Shown piece by piece: positions 1 through 11,717 of a stretch of 64,000 nucleotides of DNA. Source of the DNA: an uncultured Gemmatimonadales bacterium (lineage in GTDB: Bacteria; Gemmatimonadota; Gemmatimonadetes; Gemmatimonadales; GWC2-71-9); the NCBI GenBank assembly GCA_963730185.1, contig CAVSQW010000009.1:1-64000 (forward strand). The letters run 5' to 3'. The translations under genes and the position numbers were made by a program. Positions within the stretch are counted from its first letter, which is position 1; every line of letters starts with the position of its first letter. Under the pieces are notes generated by a model that did not search any database, was not told the DNA's origin, and was given only the letters and a program-made list of their open reading frames with translations.

Positions 1-1133
1 GAAGCGCCGCCCCAGTTCTTCATGGCCAGCTCGTTGTGCAGGCGTGCAAGCTTGCCCTTGAGACGGAGCTCGCGGTCCTGAATGAGGCGGCGGACCTGAC
101 GGGCCCAGGGTAACCCTCACGGTTCGGGCCGAGGGCGAGGTTGAACCAGGTGTCGATGAACGCGCGGGTTGTTGCGGTGATCCGCGGATTCACCTTCAGG
201 ACGGTGGCCCAGAAGGCATCGCGGTTCCAGGCCTCATAGGCATCGCGGCGCTCCGCTACGTCGTTGCACCAATCCTGGTATTGCTCACGATAGTCCTCGA
301 TCCAGTCCTCGCGTCTCGCAAACTTCTCGGCCAGCATGAGGTTGTAGGCCAGGACCGCACCGAAGACGAGCTCGCTCAGGTTCCGGGCATGGACGAGCTG
401 GGCTTGGTGTCGTTCACTGAACGAGCCGTACTCGGGGTGTAGCCAGACGAATTCCGCATCCTCGGCCGGCTGACAACGATCGACGAGATGGGCAAGCAGC
501 GATCCGGCGCAGCTGGTTAGAACGCGTTCCTGCAGATATCGCGCCTCATCACCGGTCAGCCGAAGCGGCAGGGGCGCCCGCGGAAATCCTTCCGGTGCCT
601 TCGGGATCCCCGGACGCCAGGCAGGGCGGAATCCATCCGCTACGCGTTCCCCGTCTTCCGTGCGAACCAAGCCGTTCGCCGCCTTGTAGTAGCGGTCGAG
701 CCAGCGATGGTAGTCGTTCTGGCTCCCGGGAAATTGACGAAGCCCCCAGGCCTGGAGCCCAGCCCAGTACATCGTGCTGGGGAGCAGCTTGAGCTTCTTC
801 CGAGCATTCCGTCCCACCACCCCCTGGTCGTCATGCGACGCGAGGATCTCTTCGATCAGATCGGTCTCGAGTCCGCGGGCCTTGGCGGCGATCTCGGCCG
901 ATTTGGTGATGCTTGGCTTCGAGATAGAGGTAGACCCAGGGAACGATGAAGAAGTAGCGGGCGCGGGGTTGCAGTACGGAGGTACCAGGGAAGAGGAGGT
1001 CGGAGATGGCGTCGCGGACGGTGCCAACGCCGAGCTCATCGACCGTGCCTCGTTCCTCGAAGAGCCGGATGATCTCGATCGCCTTGCGGCGTTCGTAGTC
1101 TGAGTGGTCCAGCCAGGATAGCGTCGCTGTCAT
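1..1133 (-). CDS. DUF6361-like protein (two apparent frameshifts; runs off the left edge)
   Basis: ATG at 1133 gives MTATLSWLDHSDYERRKAIEIIRLFEERGTVDELGVGTVRDAISDLLFPGTSVLQPRARYFFIVPW, a DUF6361-type N-terminus. It shifts near 910 into ORF 20..1039 (GVVGRNARKKLKLLPSTMYWAGLQAWG), then near 105 into RRLIQDRELRLKGKLARLHNELAMKNWGGAS at the edge. Confidence 0.75.
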
Positions 1134-1218
1134 CACATCACCTTGTCGCTTGGTCGCTGGGGAGGGTGATGGCGACACCGACTGCAGCTGAAACAGGCAG
1201 CCTTGATCTCCAACGCAT

Positions 1219-1587
1219 CTAGATCCAACCTGCGCGTCTCAATGCTTTGGCAAACGGTTCGCGCATGACCAAGATCCACTCTGAATTCGAGAGGTTCTCC
1301 GCTGAATACCTGGAAGGTGGAACGAACTCGACAAGGAGCGTGATTCGCTGTCCTCGGAGGCCCATTGCCTGGCCAATGCTCTTCGCAAGGAGCCCATAGC
1401 GAAGATTCATCGCTCGCCAACTTGCGTACCGCGCATGCGTGGCTAGCCGGCGCATCGTCAAGGCGCGACCTTTCGCAGCGGCGTGAAACTTGAGAAAGGC
1501 CAGCTGCCTGCCGCCTGGCGTTGGCAGCCGCTTCAGAGCCTTGAGGTAACGTTCCGTTGAGTGCGTTCGCATGTCCGCGCTAGGCAT
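1219..1587 (-). CDS. hypothetical protein (~120 aa, basic, possibly DNA-binding)
   Basis: Protein-like ORF (FLKFHAAAKGRALTMRRLA...NLRYGLLAKSIG...WILVMREPFAKALRRAGWI), co-oriented with both neighbours. Confidence 0.6.
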   Translation of the reverse strand: MPSADMRTHSTERYLKALKRLPTPGGRQLAFLKFHAAAKGRALTMRRLATHARYASWRAMNLRYGLLAKSIGQAMGLRGQRITLLVEFVPPSRYSAENLSNSEWILVMREPFAKALRRAGWI

Positions 1588-1962
1588 GTCCCGACCTCGA
1601 CCAAAGCTCGAGTGGACCCGGTAGTAAGTCGGATGCGTTCCTGAAGATCGGAGCCCTCACCAATCGGCAGGCTGCAGCGTTCGCCTGGCCTCCCGCTCTC
1701 GGACGCACCCTCCCTTCAAGACCCAATAGAAGGCCCCAATCTCGAAATTCGCACTCCTGCCTTCAAGTCGTTTGGTGTGGCGCCGTCAAGACGCCCGGGA
1801 AGCCACCGCCCATTCGGTGTCACACCTCGCCTACCTCACCCCTTCGGCCCAAAATCTCCGGTTCCGCCCCACACACTGCAGCTCATACCCCCCAGCAATC
1901 CAGATCCGGAGATGGCAGATCCTGCACGTGGGACCCGTCGGGGCACAGGCGGGTAAGCCTCA

Positions 1963-4900
1963 CTATGGCCCCGCGCGCTCGATCGCTGACTCAACGGCAG
2001 AGACGAGGCGCCGTAGCTCAGCTCGCGGACGGCCGAACCAGTCGGTCGACCAGATTCGGTAGAGGTTCCAGCCCATGGCCTCCAGGTGTTGCTGGCGCAG
2101 ACGGTCACGGTCACGGGCCGACTTTGACGAGTGATAGGTCGCTCCGTCGCACTCAATCCCGAGCACGAACCTCCCGACTTGCCGTGGGTGTCTAACGGCC
2201 AGATCGACGAAATAGCCCGCAACCCCGATCTGATTGTCCACTTCGAAGCCCTGACCACGTAGCGCCTGAGCCACCTCTATCTCGAATGGCGACTCCGGAG
2301 AACGGCCGGTAACCAATGCCTCAGTCACCCGACCCGTCTCGGCGTATTCGAGGTAATCCCGAAGCGTCCGTACCCCCAGAGAGCTCGACTCGCCAACCCG
2401 GACGTGAGAGCTGCGCATGGACGAGACAACGACAATCCGGTCTCGGGCTCGGGTGAAGAGTACGTTGAGCCGTCGGGCGCCGTAGCTCCCGGTGACCGGT
2501 CCGAACCGCTGGTACACGTTCCCATGTTCGTCTGGTCCGTACGTCACTGACACGATGATGACATCACGCTCGTCGCCCTGAATGTTCTCGAGATTCTTGA
2601 TAATCAGCTTGTCCAGCTGATTGCTATGGTGTTCGAGGAAGGCGGCAACAAATGGATCGTCTTGGGCGGACTGATCGATCAGGTCAGCGATCAGATCGCG
2701 TTGATGAGCGTTCATCGTCACGATGCCAAGTGACTGCTGTGGATGCGTTCGGCAGTGCGCCGCAACCAACTCAGCTACGCGAGTGGCCTCGGCGTGGTTG
2801 ACGGAATTGTGACATACGGCGTTGGTGACGAACTCGAAGTACACGCCAAGATCAGACGTGCTGCGCGGAGACGGAAACACCACCAATCGTCCATCGTAGA
2901 ATCGCTGATTGCTAAAAGCGATGAGTGACTCATGCCGGGATCGGTAGTGCCATCGAAGCATCCTTGGGGGTCTAAGAATGGTGCTGGCGACTTCCAGGAT
3001 ACTTTCGGCTTCTCGTACCCCCTTGGCCAGATCCTCCTCCTCGTCCACGTCGACCGCGTCGTCATCGGCCAGGACCTGGAAAAAGCTCGTTGGGGGCAAC
3101 TGCTGGCGGTCGCCAACAATGACGACTTGGGCTGACCTGGCAATCGCACCGATGGCATCCTCAGGTCGGAGCTGGGACGCCTCGTCCATTATCAGAACAT
3201 CGAAATCCAGGTGGCGAGGATCGCAGAATCGAGCGACGGACAAGGGACTCATCATCCAGCAAGGACAAAGGGACTGCAGAGCTCGGCCCGCCCGTGCGGT
3301 GAGTTGACGAAGCGGGACATGCCGTTTGCTCTTCTCAGATTCGCGTCGAAGGAGGGCGAGATCGGTATGCGTCGCGACTGGCCCGACGTCATTGCCCTCC
3401 GGAACTGGGCGAGCTGCCAATAACTCCGCGACCAAGTCACGATTTGCCTTAAGTAGGTCCTTGTCGGCATCCACAAAGCGGCGTCGAATCTCATCGAGGA
3501 CATCCCCGGTTACACCATCGATCGCCGGATGGCCCCTCAGAGCCGCCCGAACCGCAGCCGCAAGAATCGCCAGGGAATACGCCTCGCCAAGGTGACCGTC
3601 GAGCGAGGCGAATCGCTCGGCTACAGCGGCGACGCTATTTCCTCCCTTACACTCCGCCATGCGTCGCTCGGCGCGGAGATAGGCGATCCAGATTGGTAGG
3701 TCCTCCTGGTGAGCGGCGGCGAAGTTCGCTCGCCGCCAACGCCGGGAATACGCGCGGTCACGATCGGTGAGACCGTCACCGTACCAATCAGCCGGACGGG
3801 CAGCCAGGCTCGTTAGGAGACCGCGTTCGGCGTCGATCAGGGCATGCTGGACAGGATCGAACTCTTGGACCCAAGTGCGAATGGCACTGACCTGGACCGG
3901 TAGGTTCGTCGTCCATAGCCAAGGGAGGAGCTTTTCAAATTCAGGGTAGCGTCGTGCCGCAGCCCGAAGGCGCTCAGCAAGATGCATCGTTTCGACAATG
4001 CTTTGAACGCTCACCTCAAGTGGGTTGTCGTCTGGGGCGATCAACCGCTGGAAGGTCTGATCTCGGCGTAGGCGAGCGGCTCTCGCCTTAAGCTCCGCAA
4101 CACGAGCCAACAGATTGGTCACCCGGTCGATCGTAGCAGAGGCCGGAATGTGTGCCCCGTTCGCCGCTTTGGCACACTCACGAAGTATCCTCGCACCGGC
4201 CCGACAATGATTGGCCACGGCAGCAATCGCATCATTGCCCCGATCACTGTCGGCGAGCCCTATCGAGATGTTATCCGGCATGAACTGACCCAGCGGCCCT
4301 AGGGCGGCCAGCGCCTGACTACAAAGCGAGCCGAGGGCGTCGTTAGCTGCCTTCGCCGTCAGAGCACCGAACCAGGAGTCTGAAGTACCCCAGAGATCGG
4401 TAAGCTCGGAGGCCGACTCCGGCCACTGAATAGCGGCCGCCTCGAGCGCCTGCCACCAGTTGGCGAGCGCGCGTAGATCGGCACATGGGGTCTCCAGACC
4501 CTTGCGGAACGGCCCAGCGACAGCCTCAAGCCCGTCTGCGGCATCCAACCGGGAGACGGCATCAAGGTGCTGATAGAGGGTTCTCAAATCGGCAGCAGCC
4601 TGATCATGCTTCGGTCGGCCGCCCTTCACGAGGCCTCTGTGCAGGCCGCGAGCGGCTCGATACCGTCTGCCAAGCCGTTCCCACCAACGCGCGCCGGCCA
4701 CGACGATGGCGGCCGCCCGTACGTCGCGCACCGATGGCGCGAGATCGAGTGCGAAGGTCTGGCTAAGCCGGTCCTGCTCCAGGCGGAGACGGTTGATTGT
4801 CCCCTCATGGTTCGCTAGCAGGGCAGCCGCCTCGGGAGCCTTCAGACCAGACAACCGCTTGTTTGATGCAGCGATGTCCAGTCCCGCTAGCGGGCGAAGG

Positions 4901-7354
4901 AGGGCAGGAACAAAGGTGAGGTGCCGAACCGTTGGCGTCTGCAGAGATGGGATCGCGTCAGATAAGGCCTGTAGCTCGCGCTCCGCCTTGTCCAGAACCG
5001 CGCCCGCCTCCTCCCAAACGGTTGCCCGGGCCTCGAGCGCATCGATCGTGCACGTGGTTTCGACGTAGGTCCCTGCCTCACGAAGCCGAGCCTCAAGGTC
5101 GGCGGTCGATCCATCCGTTCCAAATGCGTCCGGCCAGCCGCTGGCCACTTCGGCGGCGGCCTTCTGCAGCTTGGTCAGTTCGTCCGCAAACCGTTCGATC
5201 GTGGGCGTCAACTCCGTTGTCGACAGCGCAGCGAACAGCTTGGGCATCGCGGGAACAGGACTCTCCGGCAATGTCGAGAGGGCGTCGGCCAGATCGGAGT
5301 AGGCCGCCGGCGTCACCGCAACCTCAGTTCCGGTAAGTTCATTGACGGCCTCAAGACCCTCGATGACGCCATCGGCAAGCCGGCCCAGCTCCAATAGCGA
5401 CGACCGTAGCATTGGCAGGTCCACGGTCTCGACCGAGGCATTCACACCTTGCCAGGGACGCGTACCCTCTTTGAGGGGCTGCGTCATTGCCTTCTGACGG
5501 AGGGTGCCGTACTCGCCGAGCCTCCTCTTGCCCAAGTGCCAGTCGGCCGACGTGAGGTCCGTCGCGGACGGCACTTGAATTCGTTCGAGATCGTCAGCCG
5601 CTTCGGCAACCTTGCGACGCAACCGTGCGACCTCCCACAGCGCGTCATGGAGGTTGATTCCCAGGGCACCCAGCGGCGAACCGACCAGCCTTGCGTATGC
5701 CGTCAAGCGCGCTCGCTGTTCTAGCAAGTCGTGCCGCACTTGTTCCTGGGCCCCTTGGCTGCGTGCCAAGAATCCGCGCTTCCACGCTCGAGACAGGCCA
5801 TGATCTGTCGGCGGTTGCATCAAGAGCCGCGACGCGAGGTGCTTGGCGACGGCCTTCTTCTGCACTCGATCACTATGAAGCTCGAGGAGGAAGGGTCCTA
5901 GTCCCGAGGAGACCAGGCGGTTGTGCACCACCTCCAGCGCCGCTCGCTTCTCGGCCATGAAGAGCACACGTTTGCCAGCGCCAAGAGCAGCGCCGATCAG
6001 ATTGGCGATGGTTTGTGACTTGCCTGTTCCGGGCGGGCCCTCAATCACGACGTTCTTGCCCTGCATCGCGTCGAGCAGAGCACTATGTTGGGAGCTATCC
6101 GCATCGAGAATGAGATGGGGCTCGGAGATCTCCGTCTCACCCTCAGTTAGGTCGTATTCGGGAGCAAAGCCCGACGTTGACGACCCGCTACTGGGCTCCT
6201 CGTTAAACAGTCTGCGAACGATATGGTGATCGGTTACAGACCGGCCCTTGGGCCACTTCGCCGGATCCAGGTCCTTATACATCAGGATCTTGGCAAACTC
6301 GAGCAGGCAAAGGACGACCTGTCCCCGAACGGCCCACCCCTTTTGACTTGAAATGGCGCGCCTTACTGCTGTGAAGTAGTCGGCAGGCCCAGCGTCCTCG
6401 TCGAAGTCAGGAAGAGTGACACCAAACTGCTGCTTCAGCTTCTCCTGCAGCGAGATGTTGGCGCTGGCGTCGTCGTCCGCGACACGCAGAGTGAAATGAA
6501 AACCTCGCCCCTGCCCCCGGCGACGTTCCAACATCACTGGCAGCAGGATCAGGGGTGCGAGACGCGGCGAACCATCCTCTACTTCTCGCCACTCGAGAAA
6601 CCCGAGAGCTAGCTGCAGGAAGTTGGCGCCCGTCTCTTCGACTAGGAGATTGGCGTCCTTGAACAACCCCGTCGCGGCACGTTCGAGGTCCTCAGGATAG
6701 TGAAGGGTCTGAATCAAGCGGTCGACATGGCGCGGATCGTCTGAATCCTCAGCGGAGTGAAGGGGTAGATCGATAGTAGGGTCTAAGCCGGCCCTTCGAG
6801 CCGCCTCCTCGACAGGGACGTTCGGCCTACGGGACTGTCGTGCACGCGGCCTCCCGGATTCTGGCCTCCCGAACAGGTCACCTGGCTCAGAGTCGCCGTC
6901 CTCGGACTCGTCTGGTGCCGATCGCCGGACATGTGGAACAGCGGTCAGATCCATCGCATCGCCGTTCACCAGCTGACGGTAGAGCTGGTCTGGGAGCTCG
7001 CCGATGACCTGGACCCGCCGGCGACGACGGGAGAATGCCAGCAGTGGGTTCCGGAGGGATAGATCGAGGAGCTTCCTGCGAATAGACTCAATCGCGTCAG
7101 CAAGCCTCCCCCGAGGGCTCGGCTTCACGATCATGAGCCTCGTCCGCGTGGCCGCCATTCGATGCGGGATCAACTGCTGGAGTCATGCGCGAGACCTGAT
7201 CGCCAAGCCGATCCGCGAGCGCCACCGCCCGCCGACCATGGCGCTGGCGGAGTTCCTGTTGGAGCTCGAGGAGTACATCAGCGTTGTCTTGCGCTTTCCG
7301 ACAGAGCTCCTCGAGCTCGTCGATTGAGAATTCCAGGAAAGGGCGTTCCGGCAT
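1963..7354 (-). CDS. DUF4011 domain SF1 (DNA2/UPF1-like) helicase with C-terminal Vsr/MTES_1575-like nuclease; Hhe-type defence architecture
   Basis: LLDLSLRNPLL and EETGANFLQLALGFLEW (DUF4011), Walker A GPPGTGKS, DEASQ, VGDRQQLPP, HYRS, QGDERD, RRLNVLFTRAR, and C-terminal ESPFE...IECDGATYH...RDRDRLRQ..L...GW...RIWSTDW. ORF 7097..7354 joins the main frame if one base is removed from the C5/G5 run near 7110. Confidence 0.85.
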
Positions 7355-7754
7355 GGTTGGTCATCAAGCCTCGAGCTGCTTGGTTCGCGAGACCACCCCA
7401 AATCGCATCTGAGGCCACGTCGGCCACACATAGCGGAAAATCCTGGTACCACCGCGTAGCACCAGAGTCCCCGAGTCCAGATCGATCCGACTCTATTCAA
7501 TACTCTCTCGCGGCCTCGCTACTACCTGATGGCACCGCCGACTCGACCCTACCGTTGCGCGTCCGCGATCTCGGACCAACGCACATTCAAAGGGGTGGTC
7601 GGCGGAGGCGTCCACGAGATCAGGAGTCAGCGGAACTCGGTGCAGCTGGTCCACGGCGTGCCCGTACCGAGGTGCAACGCGCAATAGAATGCCACATACA
7701 GGCAACTTCCCGCCACCGTGGCCGGGCCGGGCACCTACGGGGAGGGCCCTGGCG

Positions 7755-8719
7755 TCACCCGCCGAGGTGACTCACCATCCCCCTCAACCGCCCCACCACC
7801 GCCCCCCTCGCCCCCTCCGGCCCCAGCACCTCCGCCTCCGCCCCATACTGCAACACATACCTGACCAGCCAATCCAAGATCCGCCAACGGCAGCTCCTGC
7901 ACGTACGACCCGTCCGCCTCCACCTCCCCACCCTCCCGCTCGGCGATCCACCGGGCCACCCGCGGCGCGAACCGGATCCGGACTTTGGTCTCGACCTCCG
8001 ACACGAACGCCCGCCCGTCCCGGAACACTTGCCCCGGCTCGAAGCTCGCCGGCACCCGGTAGCGCTCGTCCGTGAGGGTCACCCCCTCGATCCGGTCCAC
8101 CCGGAACACCCGGAGGCCGTCCACCCCGTCGCACCGGGCCACCAGGTACCAGCGGCCCGACGAGAACACGATCGCATAAGGGCAGGCCGGGCGCTCGGAA
8201 GCCTCCTCGGCGTCGGCCTTCCGGTAGCGTAACACGACTTTGCGATGTTCGCGATAGGCCTTCCGGAGCTGGGCCAGACTGGCCGGGTCGGCGGCCGGGC
8301 CCAGATCGGCGTGGCGGAAGCCGTCGGCCGGCTCGTCCTTCGGGCAGGCGGGCCAGGGCCTTGCCCAGCCGGTCCCGGGCACCCCGGAGCGCGGCCTGCT
8401 CCTCGGGCGGGCGCTCGCGCTCGAGCACCGAGAGCCCGAGCTCCAGCGCGGCCAGCTCGGCCACCGTCAGCCGCATGGGCCTCAGGAAATGGGCCGACCG
8501 GACCTCCAGCCGCTCCGGACCCAAAAAGATCTGGACCGCCTCCACGAACCCGCCCGGGTCGTCGAACCGCTCCGACAGGGTCCGGACGTCCTTCAGGAGC
8601 ACCGGCACCGTGGTGCCGGCCCGCCGGGCCAGCTCGGCGAGCGAGTGGGGCCGGTCGTCGGCGCACTCCGGGATCAGGGTCAGGATCCGGCGGAGCTGGA
8701 GGGCGGCGGTGTCGGGCAT
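7755..8719 (-). CDS. WYL-domain transcriptional regulator, PafC-like (frameshifts ~8340 and ~7875)
   Basis: The ATG overlaps the upstream stop (TGATG at 8717-8721). HTH start MPDTAALQLRRILTLIPE, then FLRPMRLTVAELAALELGL, WYL core GRWYLVARCD...LRVFRVDRI and WCX tail DWLVRYVLQYGAEAEVLGP. Confidence 0.8.
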
Positions 8720-9800
8720 CAGCCGGCCCGCTCGTACACCGCCAGCGTCCGGCGCACCTGCTCCCGGTACTCGGCCACCAGCTCGGGCGGCCCGAGCGGC
8801 TCCACCGCCCCGCCGGCGCCCAGGATCCAGCGGGCAAAGGCGTCGAGCCGCCGGACCCGGAACCTCCGCCGGTCCGGGTGGCCCTCCACCGGCTCGCCCA
8901 GCGACGCGGCCTGGAGGGCGGCGCCGGTCCCGCCGTTGACCCGCACCGTCGCCTCGGCCACGTCGCCGCTCCCGAGCTCCCAGGCGTGCCGCTGGGCGGC
9001 GTGGGTCCGGAGGTCGAACCCGGCCGGGATCTCGTAGTCCGGCTGGGCCGGGCCCCGGTTCACCGCGAGGCCGGTCATCCGGCTCAGGCGGAAGTTCTTG
9101 ACCTGTGCCTCGCCCGGCGCCGCCCCGGCCAGGTACCAGTGGTGGCCGAGGAAGAAGAGGCCGTAGGGGTGGAGGGCGCGGTCGGTCACCACGTCGCGGT
9201 CCATCGAGTGGTAGGTGAAGGTCACCCGTTTTCGGTGGGTGAGGGCGTCCGAGAGCTGCTCGAAGACTTCGGGCGTCGGCCGGGGCGCGGGAGCGGGCCA
9301 CGTGGACGCCGTCCTCCTCCTCCGACCCGTCGAGGGCCAAGTCGTGCCCCAGCTTCCGGAGCGCCGAGCGGGCGTCGGCCGCCAGGCTGGGCACGCCCAT
9401 CGACTCCACCCGGCCCGCCGCCTGGAACACGGCCGCCAGCTCGTCGGGCTCGAAGGTGAGGCTCGGGAGGCTCCGGTAGCCGTAGCGGTCGACCCGGGCG
9501 GGCGCGGTCTTCCGGCCGTCTTTCAGGAGCTCCAGGTACGGGAGGTAGAAGCGGGCCCGGTCGAGGCGGTAGCCGAGCTCGCCGTCGCCGATGTCCTGGG
9601 TCTCGATCGGGATGCCGAAGGCGCGGAGGTCCTGCTTGTCGCGCTCGAACATGCGGCGGCGGGACTCGGCCGTCTTGGCGGGCTCGGCGCCGTCCTGGTA
9701 GCCGGGGATCTCCGGCCCGGAGCTCCTCGAACGGGACGGGGGCGTTCCGGCGGAGCAGGGCGGCGAGGAGGTCGATCCAGCGTTGGAGCTTGGCGGTCAT
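8719..9800 (-). CDS. WYL-domain transcriptional regulator, PafB-like (frameshifts ~9712 and ~9272)
   Basis: MTAKLQRWIDLLAALL, PafB-type RRMFERDKQDLRAFGIPIET, and WYL core HPYGLFFLGHHWYLAG...KNFRLSRM. Confidence 0.8.
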
Positions 9801-9984
9801 CTTGTCTCGGTCGGGGCTCGTCTCGGGCGCTGGCTTCTTAGTCTGGGCTCGGGGTGTGACGTTTTGGCTCCGTGATGGGCGAAGCAGGGGTGGCGCGGGG
9901 GATCGGGCGCGGGCTTGGTCTCCCGACGCGGCGCCCCGGCTCGGAACGGCGGCCCAACGAGATAGAAGGCCCCGACGGACCGAT

Positions 9985-10215
9985 TTCCCACCGCGACCCG
10001 ACGCGGCCTGGAGCTTCCGGAGTCCGCGAAAGCCGGATTCGGTCACCGTGCCGGCGGCTTTCACCTCCACTCCTGCGAGCTCCCGCCCGGCCGGCTCCAG
10101 AACCAGGTCCACCTCGTAGCCGTCCCGGTCGCTGTAGTGGTGGAAGCGGATCTCCTCGTCCCGCCCGCTGGCCTGGCGGCGGAGCTCTTGGTAGACGAAG
10201 GCTGATTGCAAGGTT
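9985..10215 (-). pseudogene. remnant of the C-terminus of an AAA ATPase/DUF4143 protein
   Basis: FVYQELRRQ...FHHYSDRDGYEVDLVLE..GRELAGVEVKAAGTV...FRGLRKL (PD-(D/E)XK-like DUF4143 tail). No N-terminal ATPase is present. Confidence 0.65.
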
Positions 10216-10297
10216 TGGTGCCGGCTGATTGAAGCCTGTCCCAGGCCCCGCTCCAGCGACATCGGGACCGCGGCCTCACCCCGCCGCAAGCCGTCCG

Positions 10298-10416
10298 GGT
10301 GGGGCTGGGGTGTTCGGCCCGGAGGGCGCGTCGGGCGCCCCAGAGTATGCTCCCCCCAACCCACCCGTTGCCGGGCGAACGCAGCGCCCGGAGCGGCCGA
10401 ACACCCCAGCCCCACC
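10298..10416. repeat. ~120-bp fold-back repeat, copy 1 (MITE/REPIN-like)
   Basis: 22-bp terminal inverted repeat GGTGGGGCTGGGGTGTTCGGCC...GGCCGAACACCCCAGCCCCACC; similar copies at 11718 and 19840. Confidence 0.9.
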
Positions 10417-10456
10417 AAACCACGAACCCCGCGAGGCGAGCCCCGATGCCCCGCCC

Positions 10457-11554
10457 TCAGACCCCCTCGGGCAGCAGATGCCCGGCAAGCTCCTGGTACA
10501 TCCGGTCGAGCGCCGAGCTCATCATGGCGTCGAAGTTCCGGCCGATGAAATCGTCGCCGTGAGCAAACCGCTCCCGAAACGCCGCCAGGTCGATCTTCGG
10601 CTTGAACTGCTCCAGCGTCATCCCCGGCACATACACCGCCTTGCCCTGACGCGCGATCGACTCGAACAGCTCGGCCAGGTCGGTCAGGTACCGGCCGTCG
10701 CGCAAGACCCTCCCGTGACCCGGCACGTAGGCCACGGCCCCCATCGCCAACAACCGGCGGAGCACGGCGGGCCATTCGCGAATGTACGACTGGGTCGCGA
10801 ACGGGAAGGGCCAGACCACGACGTCGCCGGTGAGCAGCACCTTGCTCTCGGGCAGCCAGGCCACCAGGTCGCCGGCGGTGTTGGCCCGGCCCAGGAAGGA
10901 GAGCTCCACCGTGCGGCCGCCCAGGTCGATCCGGCGCGAGCGAGCGACGGTGCGGTTGGGCCCAACCCAGACGAGGGAGTCGCACTCGGCGCTGGACCGG
11001 TGCATGACCTCCACCGCCCGGCCGATTCGCTCCCGTTGCTGGCCGGTCAGCGGCGTTCCATCGGGCCGTTTGCCCGATTCGAGCAGCTGCTCGAGCCGGG
11101 GAGTGTCGCCGACGTTGTCGCGGCGGCAGCGGTCGCCCGTCAGGCTGTCCTTGCGGGTCGCGATCAGGCGGGCGGTAAAGGGCGTCGCGATGATCTCGAT
11201 CCCCCGATACGCCTCGGCGAAGACCGCGTTCCCGACCCAGTGGTCGTCGTGCCAGTGGGAGTTGACCGCGTACCTGATCGGCCGGTCGGTGAGCGCCCGG
11301 ATGTCCTGGATGATCCGGCGGGTGATGGCGGGGTGGTGGCCGGTGTCGAAGACCAGCACCGCCTTGCTGCCCACCACCGCGACGACGGTGCCGCTCACCA
11401 CCGGGTCGAGGTTCTTCTCGATGAAGGCGTAGACGCCGGGGGCGACCTCCACCCGGTCGTAGTCGAAGGGCGGCGAGGCCGGCGGCCGCTGGGCTCGGCC
11501 AACCGAGGGAACAGCGAGGGCAAGCGCCAGAGCGAGGAAACGAAAGGGCGGCAA
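10457..11554 (-). CDS. secreted MBL-fold metallo-hydrolase (cyclase/glyoxylase-like)
   Basis: VLVFDTG, NSHWHDDHWVGN, LLTGD and VPGHG motifs, with signal peptide LPPFRFLALALALAVPSVGRA. Probable TTG start after GGAG. Confidence 0.8.
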   Translation of the reverse strand: MPPFRFLALALALAVPSVGRAQRPPASPPFDYDRVEVAPGVYAFIEKNLDPVVSGTVVAVVGSKAVLVFDTGHHPAITRRIIQDIRALTDRPIRYAVNSHWHDDHWVGNAVFAEAYRGIEIIATPFTARLIATRKDSLTGDRCRRDNVGDTPRLEQLLESGKRPDGTPLTGQQRERIGRAVEVMHRSSAECDSLVWVGPNRTVARSRRIDLGGRTVELSFLGRANTAGDLVAWLPESKVLLTGDVVVWPFPFATQSYIREWPAVLRRLLAMGAVAYVPGHGRVLRDGRYLTDLAELFESIARQGKAVYVPGMTLEQFKPKIDLAAFRERFAHGDDFIGRNFDAMMSSALDRMYQELAGHLLPEGV

Positions 11555-11717
11555 CGGGACTCCGTCGTCAGGGCCGACCGGAGGATGCCCGGTGGGTCTG
11601 GTAAGGCGCCAGGGCCAGTTCGTTCCCAGACTTGGGTGACGGCGGGCGGGGGCACTCGGGCGGCCCAGTCCTCCGCCGCTCGCAAACACCGGAGCCCCGC
11701 GCGCGCGCAAAGAGCCA

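Noticed and set aside
7770..7940. Extremely G-rich coding strand at the 3' end of the PafC-like gene (possible G-quadruplex)
   Set aside because: It still encodes a normal WCX tail, and nothing else supports a separate function.
10457..11554. MBL-fold gene as a carbapenemase / resistance gene
   Set aside because: Only the generic HxHxDH fold motif is seen, and the sequence resembles cyclase/glyoxylase-like MBL hydrolases.
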